A DNA stretch of 64,000 nt from Bacillota bacterium (GTDB lineage Bacteria; Bacillota; Negativicutes; JBAXTZ01): positions 21,444 to 85,443 of the forward strand of contig JBAXTZ010000004.1 of the NCBI GenBank assembly GCA_037129925.1. Direction: 5' to 3'. Below the pieces are notes generated by a model that ran no database searches, was not told the DNA's origin, and saw only the letters and a list, made by a program, of their open reading frames with translations. The position numbers and the translations under genes were made by a program. Positions within the stretch are counted from its first letter, which is position 1, and the number at the start of each line of letters is the position of its first letter. Positions 9,893 to 19,581 of this stretch are shown one piece after another.

Positions 9893-10864
9893 TCAATTAC
9901 CATTAATCAACTGCTCCCGCCGTTTACGATACTCAATTATCGGCGCATCGCCGGGAATTAATTTCTCATCCATCTTCAAACTGCTTTTTTTGGGTAATTG
10001 GGTCTGTACTACGCGTTTGTCTTGGCGTAAAATAACTATGGAAACTACTTTGCCAATCCAACTAAATATCGGTCCTAAGACTGGCAAATTAATTGTGCGT
10101 TGATAGTAGCGGATGTAAACCAGCGTATTTTCTTCATCTACCGGAACAAAAGCTGCAACTGCGCGAATGTCCTTGGAGATAATATTCTGCCAGATGTTTG
10201 GGAAATGAAATTGTAATTGGGGGAATTTCTCGTAGCCGGTTAGTTGTTCAGCTGTTTTAGGCACAGTTGTCCCATCATCGGCAACATTGTTAACATAAAA
10301 CTTAAGTAAATTGGCTGAGCTGGTTACCACCGGACCATTTACTACAGTGCGATTTCCGCGTCCAATCGTAGTGCCATGCACAAACGGCAGATGGAGCACA
10401 TCCAGTTGGTTTTCGATCGTCCGCGAATAATGTACCGCCCACGGATCAATGAATTGCGAATAACTAAAGCCGTTTTTCAAGTCCTCAAAGAAAAATGGTT
10501 GGGAATCACACTTATCCTGGTCGCCCCACCATAACCAAATAAAACCGCCTTTTTCGACTACGATATAGGATTGCACCTTAAAGCGCTCCGGCGGTGCCGA
10601 GTTTTTACCATTTGCCGGAATCAGGCGCACGGCGCCGCTTTTGTCATATTGAAAGCCGTGAAACGGACAGACAACATGATTGCCTTTAATCCAACCTTTG
10701 CCTAACGATGCTCCGCGATGACAACACTTGTCCTCAATACAACAAATGCCGCCGGCAACATCACGCCAGAACACCAATTTCACGCCTAAGCGCTTAACAG
10801 TTATCGGCTGTTTTTTGCCAATTTCATTGCTACTTAATACCGCGTACCATTGATTGTAAATCAT
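9893..10864 (-). CDS. Rieske [2Fe-2S] domain oxygenase-like protein
   Basis: 323 aa. Rieske ligands CCHRG...CPFHG near the N-terminus plus a C-terminal catalytic-like domain. Confidence 0.75.
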   Translation of the reverse strand: MIYNQWYAVLSSNEIGKKQPITVKRLGVKLVFWRDVAGGICCIEDKCCHRGASLGKGWIKGNHVVCPFHGFQYDKSGAVRLIPANGKNSAPPERFKVQSYIVVEKGGFIWLWWGDQDKCDSQPFFFEDLKNGFSYSQFIDPWAVHYSRTIENQLDVLHLPFVHGTTIGRGNRTVVNGPVVTSSANLLKFYVNNVADDGTTVPKTAEQLTGYEKFPQLQFHFPNIWQNIISKDIRAVAAFVPVDEENTLVYIRYYQRTINLPVLGPIFSWIGKVVSIVILRQDKRVVQTQLPKKSSLKMDEKLIPGDAPIIEYRKRREQLINGN

Positions 10865-10963
10865 ATTACCTCCAAAGCAATCTTCAATTGCCGCTCAATC
10901 ACTTGACAATGCCAAGCAAATTATATATCATCTCTACAATAATAAAAATAAGATTAAGGATGT

Positions 10964-11586
10964 TTATGAAGAAATTTTTGAATCCGAAAACGATTTTCAT
11001 CGCACTGATAATTTTTCTTGCAGTGTACAAAGTGCACGGCGATTATATTTCGCTACATACTCTTTTTGGTATCGGCGGCAACGCGTTAGTTTATTTCCCC
11101 TTATTCGTTTATGTGCTGGTGCTATATATCGGCTACTCACTGGCCAACAAATGGCGTCCGGCGGTAATCAGTGTCAAACGTCTGGCATTTTCACCGGCAA
11201 TGTTCCTGATTTTAACTATTCCCTCGCTAATCAGTGGAAAATATCACGACACCGCGCTTATCAGTTATATTGTTGGCATGGTGGGCATTTTTGCGCTGTC
11301 GATGTTTGTTCACAGTAAAATCGACATTAAAGCTGATAAGATCAAAAAACTTATTGCCATCCCCGCTGATCCGATAATAATAATCGCGACACTATTTGTT
11401 GTCGGTAACGGCGTTGCAAATGGTTATCTTAATGCAATCAATTCGCCACTTATGAAATCCGGCTGGTTGGTGCCAATTATGGCTTTCGTGTCAGCCGCCA
11501 TCGCCGGTCACCGAATTGCAAAAGCGCTCAGCTTTTATCTCAAATACCGTCAAGCGCCGCAGACTGATTTAGAAAAAACAAAATAG
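10964..11586 (+). CDS. Hypothetical polytopic membrane protein
   Basis: ATG at 10964 after AAGGA. Five to six predicted TM helices. No recognisable family. Confidence 0.5.
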
Positions 11587-11591
11587 CTCTA

Positions 11592-11638
11592 ATAAAACAG
11601 CCGCTCTCCGCAAAATGCCGAGGCGGCTGTTTTTTTAT
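11592..11638. terminator. Bidirectional intrinsic terminator
   Basis: Stem cagccgctc / gaggcggctg with an A-run before and TTTTTTT after. Sits between convergent genes. Confidence 0.6.
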
Positions 11639-12198
11639 TAGCGCTTACATTTTGCGCCGTCACTCCATGCTTTGCCGATTGCCGCACCACAAGAATAATA
11701 TTTCAAATCAGGCATTGTAAAAATCAGCTGATCGATTTTCGCCAAATCCGGCTTGCCGGCAGTCATACAGTCTTCTTGGCAAAATGCATTAATTACTTCG
11801 CCAATGAATAGTGTATTGGAAGGCAACTCAATCGTCTGGGTCAACTTGCAAGTTAAACTGTACGGCGCATTGGCAATTAGCGGCGCATTTTTCAAATCAC
11901 CGTAAACTGTTTCAAACAACCCGCCTTTATCGACTTTCCGACCTGAATTCATCCCGCAATAGTCGGCAATATCTTTTTGCAAAACATTAACGCCATTGAT
12001 ACTAAACTCTCCGGTTTCGCGAATGATTTCATTGGTCAGATGTCCTTTGTTGATTGCAATCGCAAACAACGGTGGCTGATTATTCACCCGGGTTACCCAG
12101 CCAACCGCCATAAAATTTACTTTGTCGTCCATTTTCGTGCCGACCAAAACCAATGGCATTGGGTATACAAACGCGTTTTTACCGATTTCCTTTTGCAT
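11638..12198 (-). CDS. Flavin reductase-like FMN-binding split-barrel protein
   Basis: 186 aa. Flavin_Reduct-like N-terminus (PMPLVLVGT...FMAVGW). Confidence 0.75.
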   Translation of the reverse strand: MQKEIGKNAFVYPMPLVLVGTKMDDKVNFMAVGWVTRVNNQPPLFAIAINKGHLTNEIIRETGEFSINGVNVLQKDIADYCGMNSGRKVDKGGLFETVYGDLKNAPLIANAPYSLTCKLTQTIELPSNTLFIGEVINAFCQEDCMTAGKPDLAKIDQLIFTMPDLKYYSCGAAIGKAWSDGAKCKR

Positions 12199-12199
12199 C

Positions 12200-12895
12200 T
12201 TAATTATCTCCTATCTTGAATGGATTATAACGCACACCATAATCATATGTATCCAATTGCTCTTTTTTCTTCAACCAAGCAATTACACGAAGAGTGAGCG
12301 GCGAGATCACTATTTCATAACCCGATTTGAAGACCCATTGCACCAGTACATAGGCCTGCAAATCGACTAGTGGAATCGTTCCGCCAAATGCAATACATCC
12401 GAATATTATCGAATCAAATAGCTGCCCAACGATTGTTGAAAGCACCACTCTCAACCACAAATAACGCCCCTGGCACGCAACTTTCAATTTTGACAACACA
12501 AACGAGTTCAAAAATTCGCCAACCAAATAGGCGCACAACGACGCCACAAAAATCCTTGGCATAAAGCCAAGAATTCGAGCATAAGCTTCCTGCCCGTCCC
12601 AAAACGGCGCTGGCGGCAGAATTTGCGCCACCATCAGAGTTAGCACCAAAAACAGATTACCGGCAAAGCCCAGCCAAATTACCATCCGGCTCCGGCGGAA
12701 ACCATAAACCTCGGTTAACACGTCGCCAAAAATATAACTGAGCGGAAATACTATCGTCCCGGCATCCATAAATACGCCAAAAAAATCAAATATCTTTACC
12801 GACGCAATATTGGCAGTAAGCAAGCAAATAATAAAACTTGCCGAAAACAGCAAAAATCGGCGCGAATACTGAGCGTCAACTTTGTTTTCTGCCAT
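12200..12895 (-). CDS. Queuosine-precursor transporter, YhhQ/DUF165 (VUT) family
   Basis: 231 aa with 6 TM helices. Conserved YhhQ-type motifs (ANIASVKIF, FPLSYIFGDVLTEVYG). Confidence 0.8.
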   Translation of the reverse strand: MAENKVDAQYSRRFLLFSASFIICLLTANIASVKIFDFFGVFMDAGTIVFPLSYIFGDVLTEVYGFRRSRMVIWLGFAGNLFLVLTLMVAQILPPAPFWDGQEAYARILGFMPRIFVASLCAYLVGEFLNSFVLSKLKVACQGRYLWLRVVLSTIVGQLFDSIIFGCIAFGGTIPLVDLQAYVLVQWVFKSGYEIVISPLTLRVIAWLKKKEQLDTYDYGVRYNPFKIGDN

Positions 12896-13398
12896 TAATC
12901 TTTTCGGCTCCCGAAAATCAGCCGCGCCAAAACAAATCCCAGCATTGCCGAAAAAACACAGCAGGCAGTCACTATAAACGCGTGTTTAATCCGGCTACGC
13001 TTACGACATATTTTCGTATCCGCCATGCGCGAAAATTCATCAGAAAAACTTGCTTGATTTTCTGTCATAGCAATATCCTCCGCCCAATTATCAGTTGCTT
13101 CTGCCGCCTTGCGTTCGCTACGTTCCTGAGTATAATAGCGAATAGTAATAGTAGAACTTTTACCACTCGGCGTCGTGTGAATAAACTCGTCACCCGGCTT
13201 CATAGAATTTTTCATAGCATCGCAAACCAACGGCAACCGGCTCTTCCACTTAAGCTCTTTGTGAACATCACCTGAAATGAGATCGACATATTCGACCCCT
13301 TGTTCTTTAGCTGATTGTCGCATAGTTTCAATAAACTGGCGGGCTATCGCAGACGGACGTTCAGTTTTATCCCTATTGGATGCCTTTAACTTTGCCAT
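12895..13398 (-). CDS. Hypothetical tail-anchored protein, translationally coupled to the YhhQ gene
   Basis: 167 aa soluble domain plus one C-terminal TM helix. Its stop overlaps the YhhQ start (ATGA-type overlap). Confidence 0.5.
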   Translation of the reverse strand: MAKLKASNRDKTERPSAIARQFIETMRQSAKEQGVEYVDLISGDVHKELKWKSRLPLVCDAMKNSMKPGDEFIHTTPSGKSSTITIRYYTQERSERKAAEATDNWAEDIAMTENQASFSDEFSRMADTKICRKRSRIKHAFIVTACCVFSAMLGFVLARLIFGSRKD

Positions 13399-13605
13399 TG
13401 CTCCTCCAATGTTTTTTAGTTTTTTTATTTTTTTGAGCTTTACTGGCTAATTCTATCATTTATTCTTACATTATCCATCATTGGAAAGGATTTTTCAACA
13501 GCTTAATGAGTATTAACGCAGTCATACTTATTGTTTATTGTTTTTTATTTGTGTAAACCCCTCGATGCGAATATAATTTGTATATCAATATTTTTGGAGG
13601 CGTAT

Positions 13606-15090
13606 ATGGTAAAATCTCCTGATAATAATTCATTGCCGCGGAGCATGTATTATCTTTCCGGAACCGAGATGTGGGAACGTTTTAGCTATTATGGCATCAT
13701 GTCCGTTCTCATTCTCTATTTAACCAAAGGTTTAGGAATACCCGACGACCGCGCCGGACTGATTGTCGGCACGTATATTTCTTTTACCTGGATGTCCCCG
13801 GTTATGGGCGGTTGGCTGGCAGACAAATTTCTGGGACAAGTCAACGCTATTCTGATTGGCGGAACGGGTATTTTCTTAGGGAATTTAATTTTAGCAATCG
13901 GTATCGGCGGAATTAATGGATTTTTCTTAGGTTTAGCCGTAATCATTATGGGTACCGGACTGTTAAAATCTTCGATATCGGTAATAATCGGCGAACTATT
14001 CCCGGATGGTGACCCGCGTATTGACCGCGCTTACACAATTTTTTATCTATTTATCAATATCGGTGCAACGCTCTCGGCCTCTATCGCCGAGATAGCTCAA
14101 CGTAGCGGCAATTTTGGTATCGGTTTTGCCTTTTCTACTGGTGGTATGCTCTTGGGATTACTAATTTTTTGGCGCGGAATGCGTACTTTCAAAAAAATCG
14201 CCCGCGTCAACTCCAAGCCGTCGTTACAAGAAAAATCCTTTGGAATCTCTAACAAATTCTGGATCGGTTTACTGTTGGTTGTTTCGCTTCCAGTAGTAGT
14301 ATTTTTCTTTTTGTTTTCCTCAATTACAAATTATTTTATGCTCTTGAGCGGTGTAGTGGTTGTCGCTACAATAATCGGTTATTGGATCAAGTTCAAATCC
14401 CGACGCGACCGATTGGGCATCATGGCGATATTAATCTACGTTGTTTACCAAATCGGTTATTTTTCACTATATCAACAAGTCAGCGACTCGATTATTTTGT
14501 TTATGGACCGGGTCGTCGATATGCAAATTTTGGGCGTGTCCATTTCATCGGGAGCGGCAAGTTTACTGTTTAACAGCGCATTCATTATTGTTTTAGCGCC
14601 GTTACTGGCGTGGATCTACACTCAACTTGGCAAAATCAAAAAAGAACCATCCACCCCGGTGAAATTTTTGTTTTCACTGTTGGCAATGGCGCTTAGTTTT
14701 CTGATTTTTGGTTTATCGGCCCACGGTTCACTTGGTGGTGCAATGGCATCAATCTGGCCGGTAATCTTAGGTTTTTTTGTTTTCACAATATCTGATGTCT
14801 TGAGCGGTCCGATAAGTTTGTCGTTAGTTGTTCAACTATCGCCAAAAGAAATTACCGGCTTCATGATGGGCGCAATGTTCTTTTCGATGGCTGCTGGTGG
14901 TTATGTTTCCGGATTGCTGACTGCTTGGTCAGGAATGGACGGTAGCGCTACCGCAACTGTTGGATTATACGCCGGGAAATACACCAACCTATTCTTATAT
15001 TGTGCCGGCGCGATGCTGGTTATCGCCATTCTCTATATTTTTGTAATACCGTTTCTCAAAAAAGTGCACAAAGTCTGCGCCGACGAGTAG
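13606..15090 (+). CDS. POT/PTR2 family di-/tripeptide:proton symporter
   Basis: ATG at 13606 after GGAGG. PTR2 signature ERFSYYGIMSVLILYLT and about 14 TM helices. Confidence 0.85.
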   Translation: MVKSPDNNSLPRSMYYLSGTEMWERFSYYGIMSVLILYLTKGLGIPDDRAGLIVGTYISFTWMSPVMGGWLADKFLGQVNAILIGGTGIFLGNLILAIGIGGINGFFLGLAVIIMGTGLLKSSISVIIGELFPDGDPRIDRAYTIFYLFINIGATLSASIAEIAQRSGNFGIGFAFSTGGMLLGLLIFWRGMRTFKKIARVNSKPSLQEKSFGISNKFWIGLLLVVSLPVVVFFFLFSSITNYFMLLSGVVVVATIIGYWIKFKSRRDRLGIMAILIYVVYQIGYFSLYQQVSDSIILFMDRVVDMQILGVSISSGAASLLFNSAFIIVLAPLLAWIYTQLGKIKKEPSTPVKFLFSLLAMALSFLIFGLSAHGSLGGAMASIWPVILGFFVFTISDVLSGPISLSLVVQLSPKEITGFMMGAMFFSMAAGGYVSGLLTAWSGMDGSATATVGLYAGKYTNLFLYCAGAMLVIAILYIFVIPFLKKVHKVCADE

Positions 15091-15100
15091 ATTTAACCGG

Positions 15101-15916
15101 TTACAAAAGCAGGCATTGTGCCAAAACATCAACACATATTTCGCTTATACTTTTGCCGTCGGCATCGATTGTGATGTCGGCGGTTTTTTCGTATTGTTCA
15201 GACCGCAAGTGATATAAACTCCTAGTTTCATCTGCCGTGATTCCCTCAGCTAAAGGGCGCCCGCTCGACTCTCTAAGCCGCTCTAATATTGTCTCAATAT
15301 TCAGTTTCAACCAAACTATTATGCCATTTCGTTGAAGATTGCGGCTATTGTTGGTATCCAAAATAGCGCCACCGCCGCAAGCAATAACACAATATTTCCG
15401 CTCGGACAAATCGCCTATTACGGCGCGTTCGTATTCACGAAATGTCGATTCACCTTGTTCGGCGAATATTGACTGCACGCTTCGGCAATGTAGGTTCTCG
15501 ATTTCCGCGTCAGTGTCGACAAAAGCATACCCGGAAAGTCGTGCCAATTCTTTGCCAATTGTGGTTTTTCCACAAGCCATGAAACCGGTTAAAACGATGT
15601 TTTTCGGAATGCAGTGGCGCATCTGAATATTCCGGCTCTGTTGCATAATAAATTGGAACAATTCAACTATTCGACCAGTATTTTCTCTATCTGTAACCAT
15701 ACCGGCGATGCGCTCGACTATTTCCTGTTCGCGCTGTGGTTGGTAAATGGCTAATTTGTTGAGCCATTTATATTCACCGACTGCCCGGACAGCCGCTAGC
15801 CTCCGCTGCATGGCGGCGACAATTTCCTGGTCACATTTATTAATTTCCGAACGCAATTTTTCAATATCAGCCACTTTTACCACCACCTTGCGATAGATTA
15901 GCGCAAAACTCTCCAA
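15101..15916 (-). CDS. aroK: Bifunctional chorismate mutase (AroQ class) / shikimate kinase
   Basis: N-terminal approx 90 aa helical CM motif (LRSEINKCDQEIVAAMQRRLAAVRAVGEYK). This is followed by a shikimate kinase P-loop (GFMACGKTTIG) and the SK fold. The true start is probably a GTG slightly downstream of 15916. Confidence 0.8.
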   Translation of the reverse strand: MESFALIYRKVVVKVADIEKLRSEINKCDQEIVAAMQRRLAAVRAVGEYKWLNKLAIYQPQREQEIVERIAGMVTDRENTGRIVELFQFIMQQSRNIQMRHCIPKNIVLTGFMACGKTTIGKELARLSGYAFVDTDAEIENLHCRSVQSIFAEQGESTFREYERAVIGDLSERKYCVIACGGGAILDTNNSRNLQRNGIIVWLKLNIETILERLRESSGRPLAEGITADETRSLYHLRSEQYEKTADITIDADGKSISEICVDVLAQCLLL

Positions 15917-16949
15917 TTTCGATTAGTGGAAACTGCCGCTCCAGATACCGATCCCGCGCTATCGGTAAAATAAAACTAATCATTCCGCCGCTGTTCTTTT
16001 TGTCACCCAGCATCAGTTTCGGCAACATTTTGCAATCAAGGTGTGTCAAACTAGGATCAATTTTAGTACGCTTAATAATTGCAAATATTTCCTCGGCATA
16101 GTCATCGCTAATTACTCTCAACGCTTTTGCCAGCAACGTTTCATAATACATTCCCAGCAACACCGCCTCGCCATGCAAATAGCATTTATAACCAGTGGCA
16201 ACTTCCAAAGCATGGCCAAAGGTATGCCCGATGTTAAGAATTTTACGCAACCCAGTCTCGGTTTCATCTTCACTTACTATCTTAGCTTTAATCCGGCAAC
16301 AGGCGCTAATCAAAAAAGTCATCGTTGCCAAATCACATTCGCAGATTTCGTGGTAATTATTAATGATATAATCCAGCAGCCAGGCTTCAATCAACCCATA
16401 CTTAATTATCTCGCCGAGGCCGGAGCAATATTCACGCGCCGGCAGACTGCGCAACAAACTAATATCAATATAAACCGCTTGCGGTTGATAAAAACTGCCT
16501 ACGATATTTTTCCCGAATTCAGTATTTATCCCGGTCTTGCCGCCGACGCTACTATCAATTTGGGCAAGTAGTGTCGTCGGCACCTGAATATAGCGAATGC
16601 CGCGCATATAAATCGACGCGCAAAAGCCGCCAAGATCGCCAATCACACCGCCACCAAAAGCAATAAGCAAAGATTTTCTAGTCATAGCAAACAGCGTCAT
16701 GGCCTCAATGATTTCAGCAACGCTGTTGAATGATTTCATTGATTCACCCGGAGCGATAATATGAATCTTATGCTCCATCGACTGCAACGCTTGTTCAAAA
16801 TAACCCGGCTGGGATTTGTTTATCTTGGCATCGGTTAGCACAAATATTTTGTCAACATCAACCAAATCGCTTGCTAAATTCTTGGCTAAATGTTGACCGA
16901 CATAAATATTATAACTGTTCTGGTTCAGTTCGACAGTGATCGTTTCCAT
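15867..16949 (-). CDS. aroB: 3-dehydroquinate synthase
   Basis: 360 aa with NAD-binding GGGVIGD and metal-binding motifs. Overlaps aroC by 25 nt. Confidence 0.9.
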   Translation of the reverse strand: METITVELNQNSYNIYVGQHLAKNLASDLVDVDKIFVLTDAKINKSQPGYFEQALQSMEHKIHIIAPGESMKSFNSVAEIIEAMTLFAMTRKSLLIAFGGGVIGDLGGFCASIYMRGIRYIQVPTTLLAQIDSSVGGKTGINTEFGKNIVGSFYQPQAVYIDISLLRSLPAREYCSGLGEIIKYGLIEAWLLDYIINNYHEICECDLATMTFLISACCRIKAKIVSEDETETGLRKILNIGHTFGHALEVATGYKCYLHGEAVLLGMYYETLLAKALRVISDDYAEEIFAIIKRTKIDPSLTHLDCKMLPKLMLGDKKNSGGMISFILPIARDRYLERQFPLIEIGEFCANLSQGGGKSG

Positions 16950-18064
16950 CGTTCCTCAATCTCCTCAATACTGTCAGCGCCAAACAGCCGCAGAAACTCT
17001 TCGCAGACAACCGTTGCCGCGACCGCTGCGCCGACAACTGCTGCCGCTGGAACGGCGCAGACATCGCTGCGTTCAGTATTGGCAGTAACTGCACAACGGT
17101 GGGCAATATCCACCGAGCGTAGCGGTTTGGTCAACGTCGGAATGGGTTTCATGGCACAGCGAACAATTATCGGCTCGCCGTTACTCATACCGCCCTCAAT
17201 GCCGCCGGCGTTATTGGTGGCACGATAATAGCCCTGGGGTTCGGAGTAAAATATTTCATCGTGAACCGCCGAGCCTGGTAAACTGGCACACTCAAATCCT
17301 CTGCCAAACTCCACGCCCTTTATCGCCTGAATACTTTGTAAGGCAAAGGCCAATTTGGCATCAAGCTTTCGATCCCAATGTACATAACTTCCCAAACCGA
17401 CCGGTGTCCCGGTTATCACAACTTCAAAAATGCCGCCGACTGATTCACCTGCGGCTTTAGCGCCATCAATCACTTCTATCGCCTTCAACTCTGCTTGCTG
17501 GTCAGACATAAATAGTGGCGACTGCAACACTTTTGCCATATCCCAACCAGCGTCGACAGCGCTTGTTGATATTCCGCCGATGTTGACAACGTGAAAACCA
17601 ACTCGAACAGCAAACCGCTCCAATAACTGACGGCAAATACTGCCAATAACAACCCGGGTGGCTGTCTCACGGGCGCTGGCGCGCTCTAAAACATTACGCA
17701 CATCGGTGAAACGATATTTCTGCGTCCCAGTCAGATCAGCGTGTCCAGGGCGTGGCGCGGTAACGCGCTTTCCATCGTTAATCACAGCCACTGGATTCAT
17801 TTGCTCGTGCCAATTGGCATAATCCTTGTTTTCAATCATGAAGCTAAGCGGACTTCCCAACGTCATCCCGCCGCGCATTCCTGATAGAATTCTAACGCGA
17901 TCGGTTTCGATTGCCATCCGTCCGCCACGACCATAACCGGACTGACGGAGGGCAAGATCCCGGTTGATTTGCTCAATATCAATCGGCAATCCGGCTGGCA
18001 ATCCTTCAATTATGCCGGTCAGCGCCGGTCCATGCGATTCCCCACCCGTCAAATATCTAAGCAT
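16925..18064 (-). CDS. aroC: Chorismate synthase
   Basis: MLRYLTGGESHGPALTGIIEGLPAG is the canonical AroC N-terminus (start taken at the second in-frame ATG). Confidence 0.93.
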   Translation of the reverse strand: MLRYLTGGESHGPALTGIIEGLPAGLPIDIEQINRDLALRQSGYGRGGRMAIETDRVRILSGMRGGMTLGSPLSFMIENKDYANWHEQMNPVAVINDGKRVTAPRPGHADLTGTQKYRFTDVRNVLERASARETATRVVIGSICRQLLERFAVRVGFHVVNIGGISTSAVDAGWDMAKVLQSPLFMSDQQAELKAIEVIDGAKAAGESVGGIFEVVITGTPVGLGSYVHWDRKLDAKLAFALQSIQAIKGVEFGRGFECASLPGSAVHDEIFYSEPQGYYRATNNAGGIEGGMSNGEPIIVRCAMKPIPTLTKPLRSVDIAHRCAVTANTERSDVCAVPAAAVVGAAVAATVVCEEFLRLFGADSIEEIEERWKRSLSN

Positions 18065-18094
18065 TATTTTTGTCTCCCACACTTCTGAAGTTTA

Positions 18095-18185
18095 ACTGTT
18101 GCCGGTTAAAGGCTAAAGGTTAATAGTAGCCAGTCCTTACACTTTCAACTTTGAACTATTCGCTTTTAACCCTTCACAAAGCGCT
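18095..18185 (-). other. Structured intergenic element within the aro operon (copy 2), homologous to the element at 22030-22148
   Basis: Shares the ggttaaag(g)ctaaa(r)gttaatagta module, a 3' partner that can base-pair with it, and a gaaagtg-type repeat core. See findings. Confidence 0.35.
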
Positions 18186-19010
18186 TCACGCTTGCGCGTA
18201 TGAGCCAAATACTTTTACCCAGGCGGTTTGTGCTTGGATTGCCGCTAACACTGCCTTAATTTCCGGCTGGTCTTGATGCCCGACGAAATCAATAAAGAAA
18301 ATGTATTCACCGACTATTTGCTTTGCTGGTCGCGACTCAACCCGGGTCATATTAATATTCATTTCTGCAAAAATCTTGAATACTCCGTACAAGCAACCGG
18401 CATGATCCTCGGAAAATGCAAAAGCAATTGAAGTTTTATCATTACCAGTACACTTGCTAGCGGCTTTTCCGATATACAAAAATCGCGTCTGATTGCAAGG
18501 ATTATCTTGAATATTTTCTGCCAACACGTTTAGTGAATACATATCTGCGGCTTTGACACTCGCCACTGCACCGTGATAATCACCGCCAGCCAGTGCTAAT
18601 TTGCAGGCTTGCGAGGTGCTGGTGCAGCTGACAAGTTCGATGCGTGGATGTTCACGACGGAAAAAGTTGCGGCACTGCTCCAATGCCTGTTCATGTGAAT
18701 ATACATAGCGAATTTCGTCCGCCGACTTACCACTGCTTAGTAAACAGTGCTCAATATTCAAGACATACTCACCGCAGACGGTAGTTTTTTGCAAACCAAG
18801 TAATAAATCCATCGCTGTCGCAACGGCGCCATAAGTAGAATTTTCGACCGGCAACATTCCCCCGTCAACTACGCCCGCTTCCACCCCATCGATAATATCC
18901 GCAAAACTGGACATCGCTACAAGTTTTACGTCATTGCCAAAGCGTTCGCTGTAAACAACTGCCGCCTCATAAGTAAATGAACCGATCGGACCAAGATAAC
19001 CTAGTTTCAT
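18186..19010 (-). CDS. pheA: Prephenate dehydratase (PDT + ACT domains, no CM domain)
   Basis: 274 aa. PDT N-terminus MKLGYLGPIGSFTYEAA and a C-terminal ACT domain. Confidence 0.9.
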   Translation of the reverse strand: MKLGYLGPIGSFTYEAAVVYSERFGNDVKLVAMSSFADIIDGVEAGVVDGGMLPVENSTYGAVATAMDLLLGLQKTTVCGEYVLNIEHCLLSSGKSADEIRYVYSHEQALEQCRNFFRREHPRIELVSCTSTSQACKLALAGGDYHGAVASVKAADMYSLNVLAENIQDNPCNQTRFLYIGKAASKCTGNDKTSIAFAFSEDHAGCLYGVFKIFAEMNINMTRVESRPAKQIVGEYIFFIDFVGHQDQPEIKAVLAAIQAQTAWVKVFGSYAQA

Positions 19011-19078
19011 TACAAGCTCCTTTTCCCAAGTTTTATTTTTGTAAATTATCGCCTACTATCTATTTACAGCGCTGAGCG

Positions 19079-19570
19079 CTATTTACTTCCAAAAACCGCT
19101 TCCAACACTCGCTGACAGTTGCGGCTGATTTTTGTCGGCAGCGCGGTTGTTGAAAACCATTTCAACTCCACCGCTTCACCATCGAGCATCATTTCGGTTC
19201 CGGTGAAATCTTTGCAAAGATAGACGTGATCGACAATAAAAACTTCATCGCCGTTCGGATAGACCACCCGGTGCTCTGGTCCGGAAAATATTCCGAAAAA
19301 CTTCAACGCTGTCGCCTGTAGCCCGACTTCTTCATACATTTCCCGCGCCGCGCATTGCTCGACAGTCTCGCCCATTTCCATAAATCCGCCTGGATAACAC
19401 CAATTGCCGGTGTCGGCGCGTCTTTGCATTAACGTCTGGTCGCCTTTTAGAACAATTACACTGGCAGTGCAACCGATAAACGGCTTCTTGCCAATCATCG
19501 AGCGAATATACTTTATGTAGTCAACAACCTCAGGCGGTTGAGATTCCGTTATACTGACCGTATCCATCAT
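19079..19570 (-). CDS. NUDIX hydrolase
   Basis: Nudix box GGFMEMGETVEQCAAREMYEEVG. 163 aa. Confidence 0.8.
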   Translation of the reverse strand: MMDTVSITESQPPEVVDYIKYIRSMIGKKPFIGCTASVIVLKGDQTLMQRRADTGNWCYPGGFMEMGETVEQCAAREMYEEVGLQATALKFFGIFSGPEHRVVYPNGDEVFIVDHVYLCKDFTGTEMMLDGEAVELKWFSTTALPTKISRNCQRVLEAVFGSK

Positions 19571-19581
19571 TAATTAAGCTC

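Noticed and set aside
13399-13445. A-rich tract on the minus strand (aaaaaaataaaaaaactaaaaaacattggaggag) upstream of the gene pair ending in the YhhQ transporter. It is reminiscent of the preQ1-I riboswitch 3' tail.
   Set aside because: I could find no upstream P1 hairpin or conserved loop (UUC.AGCUA / CCC). It is most likely just an AT-rich leader with a strong SD.
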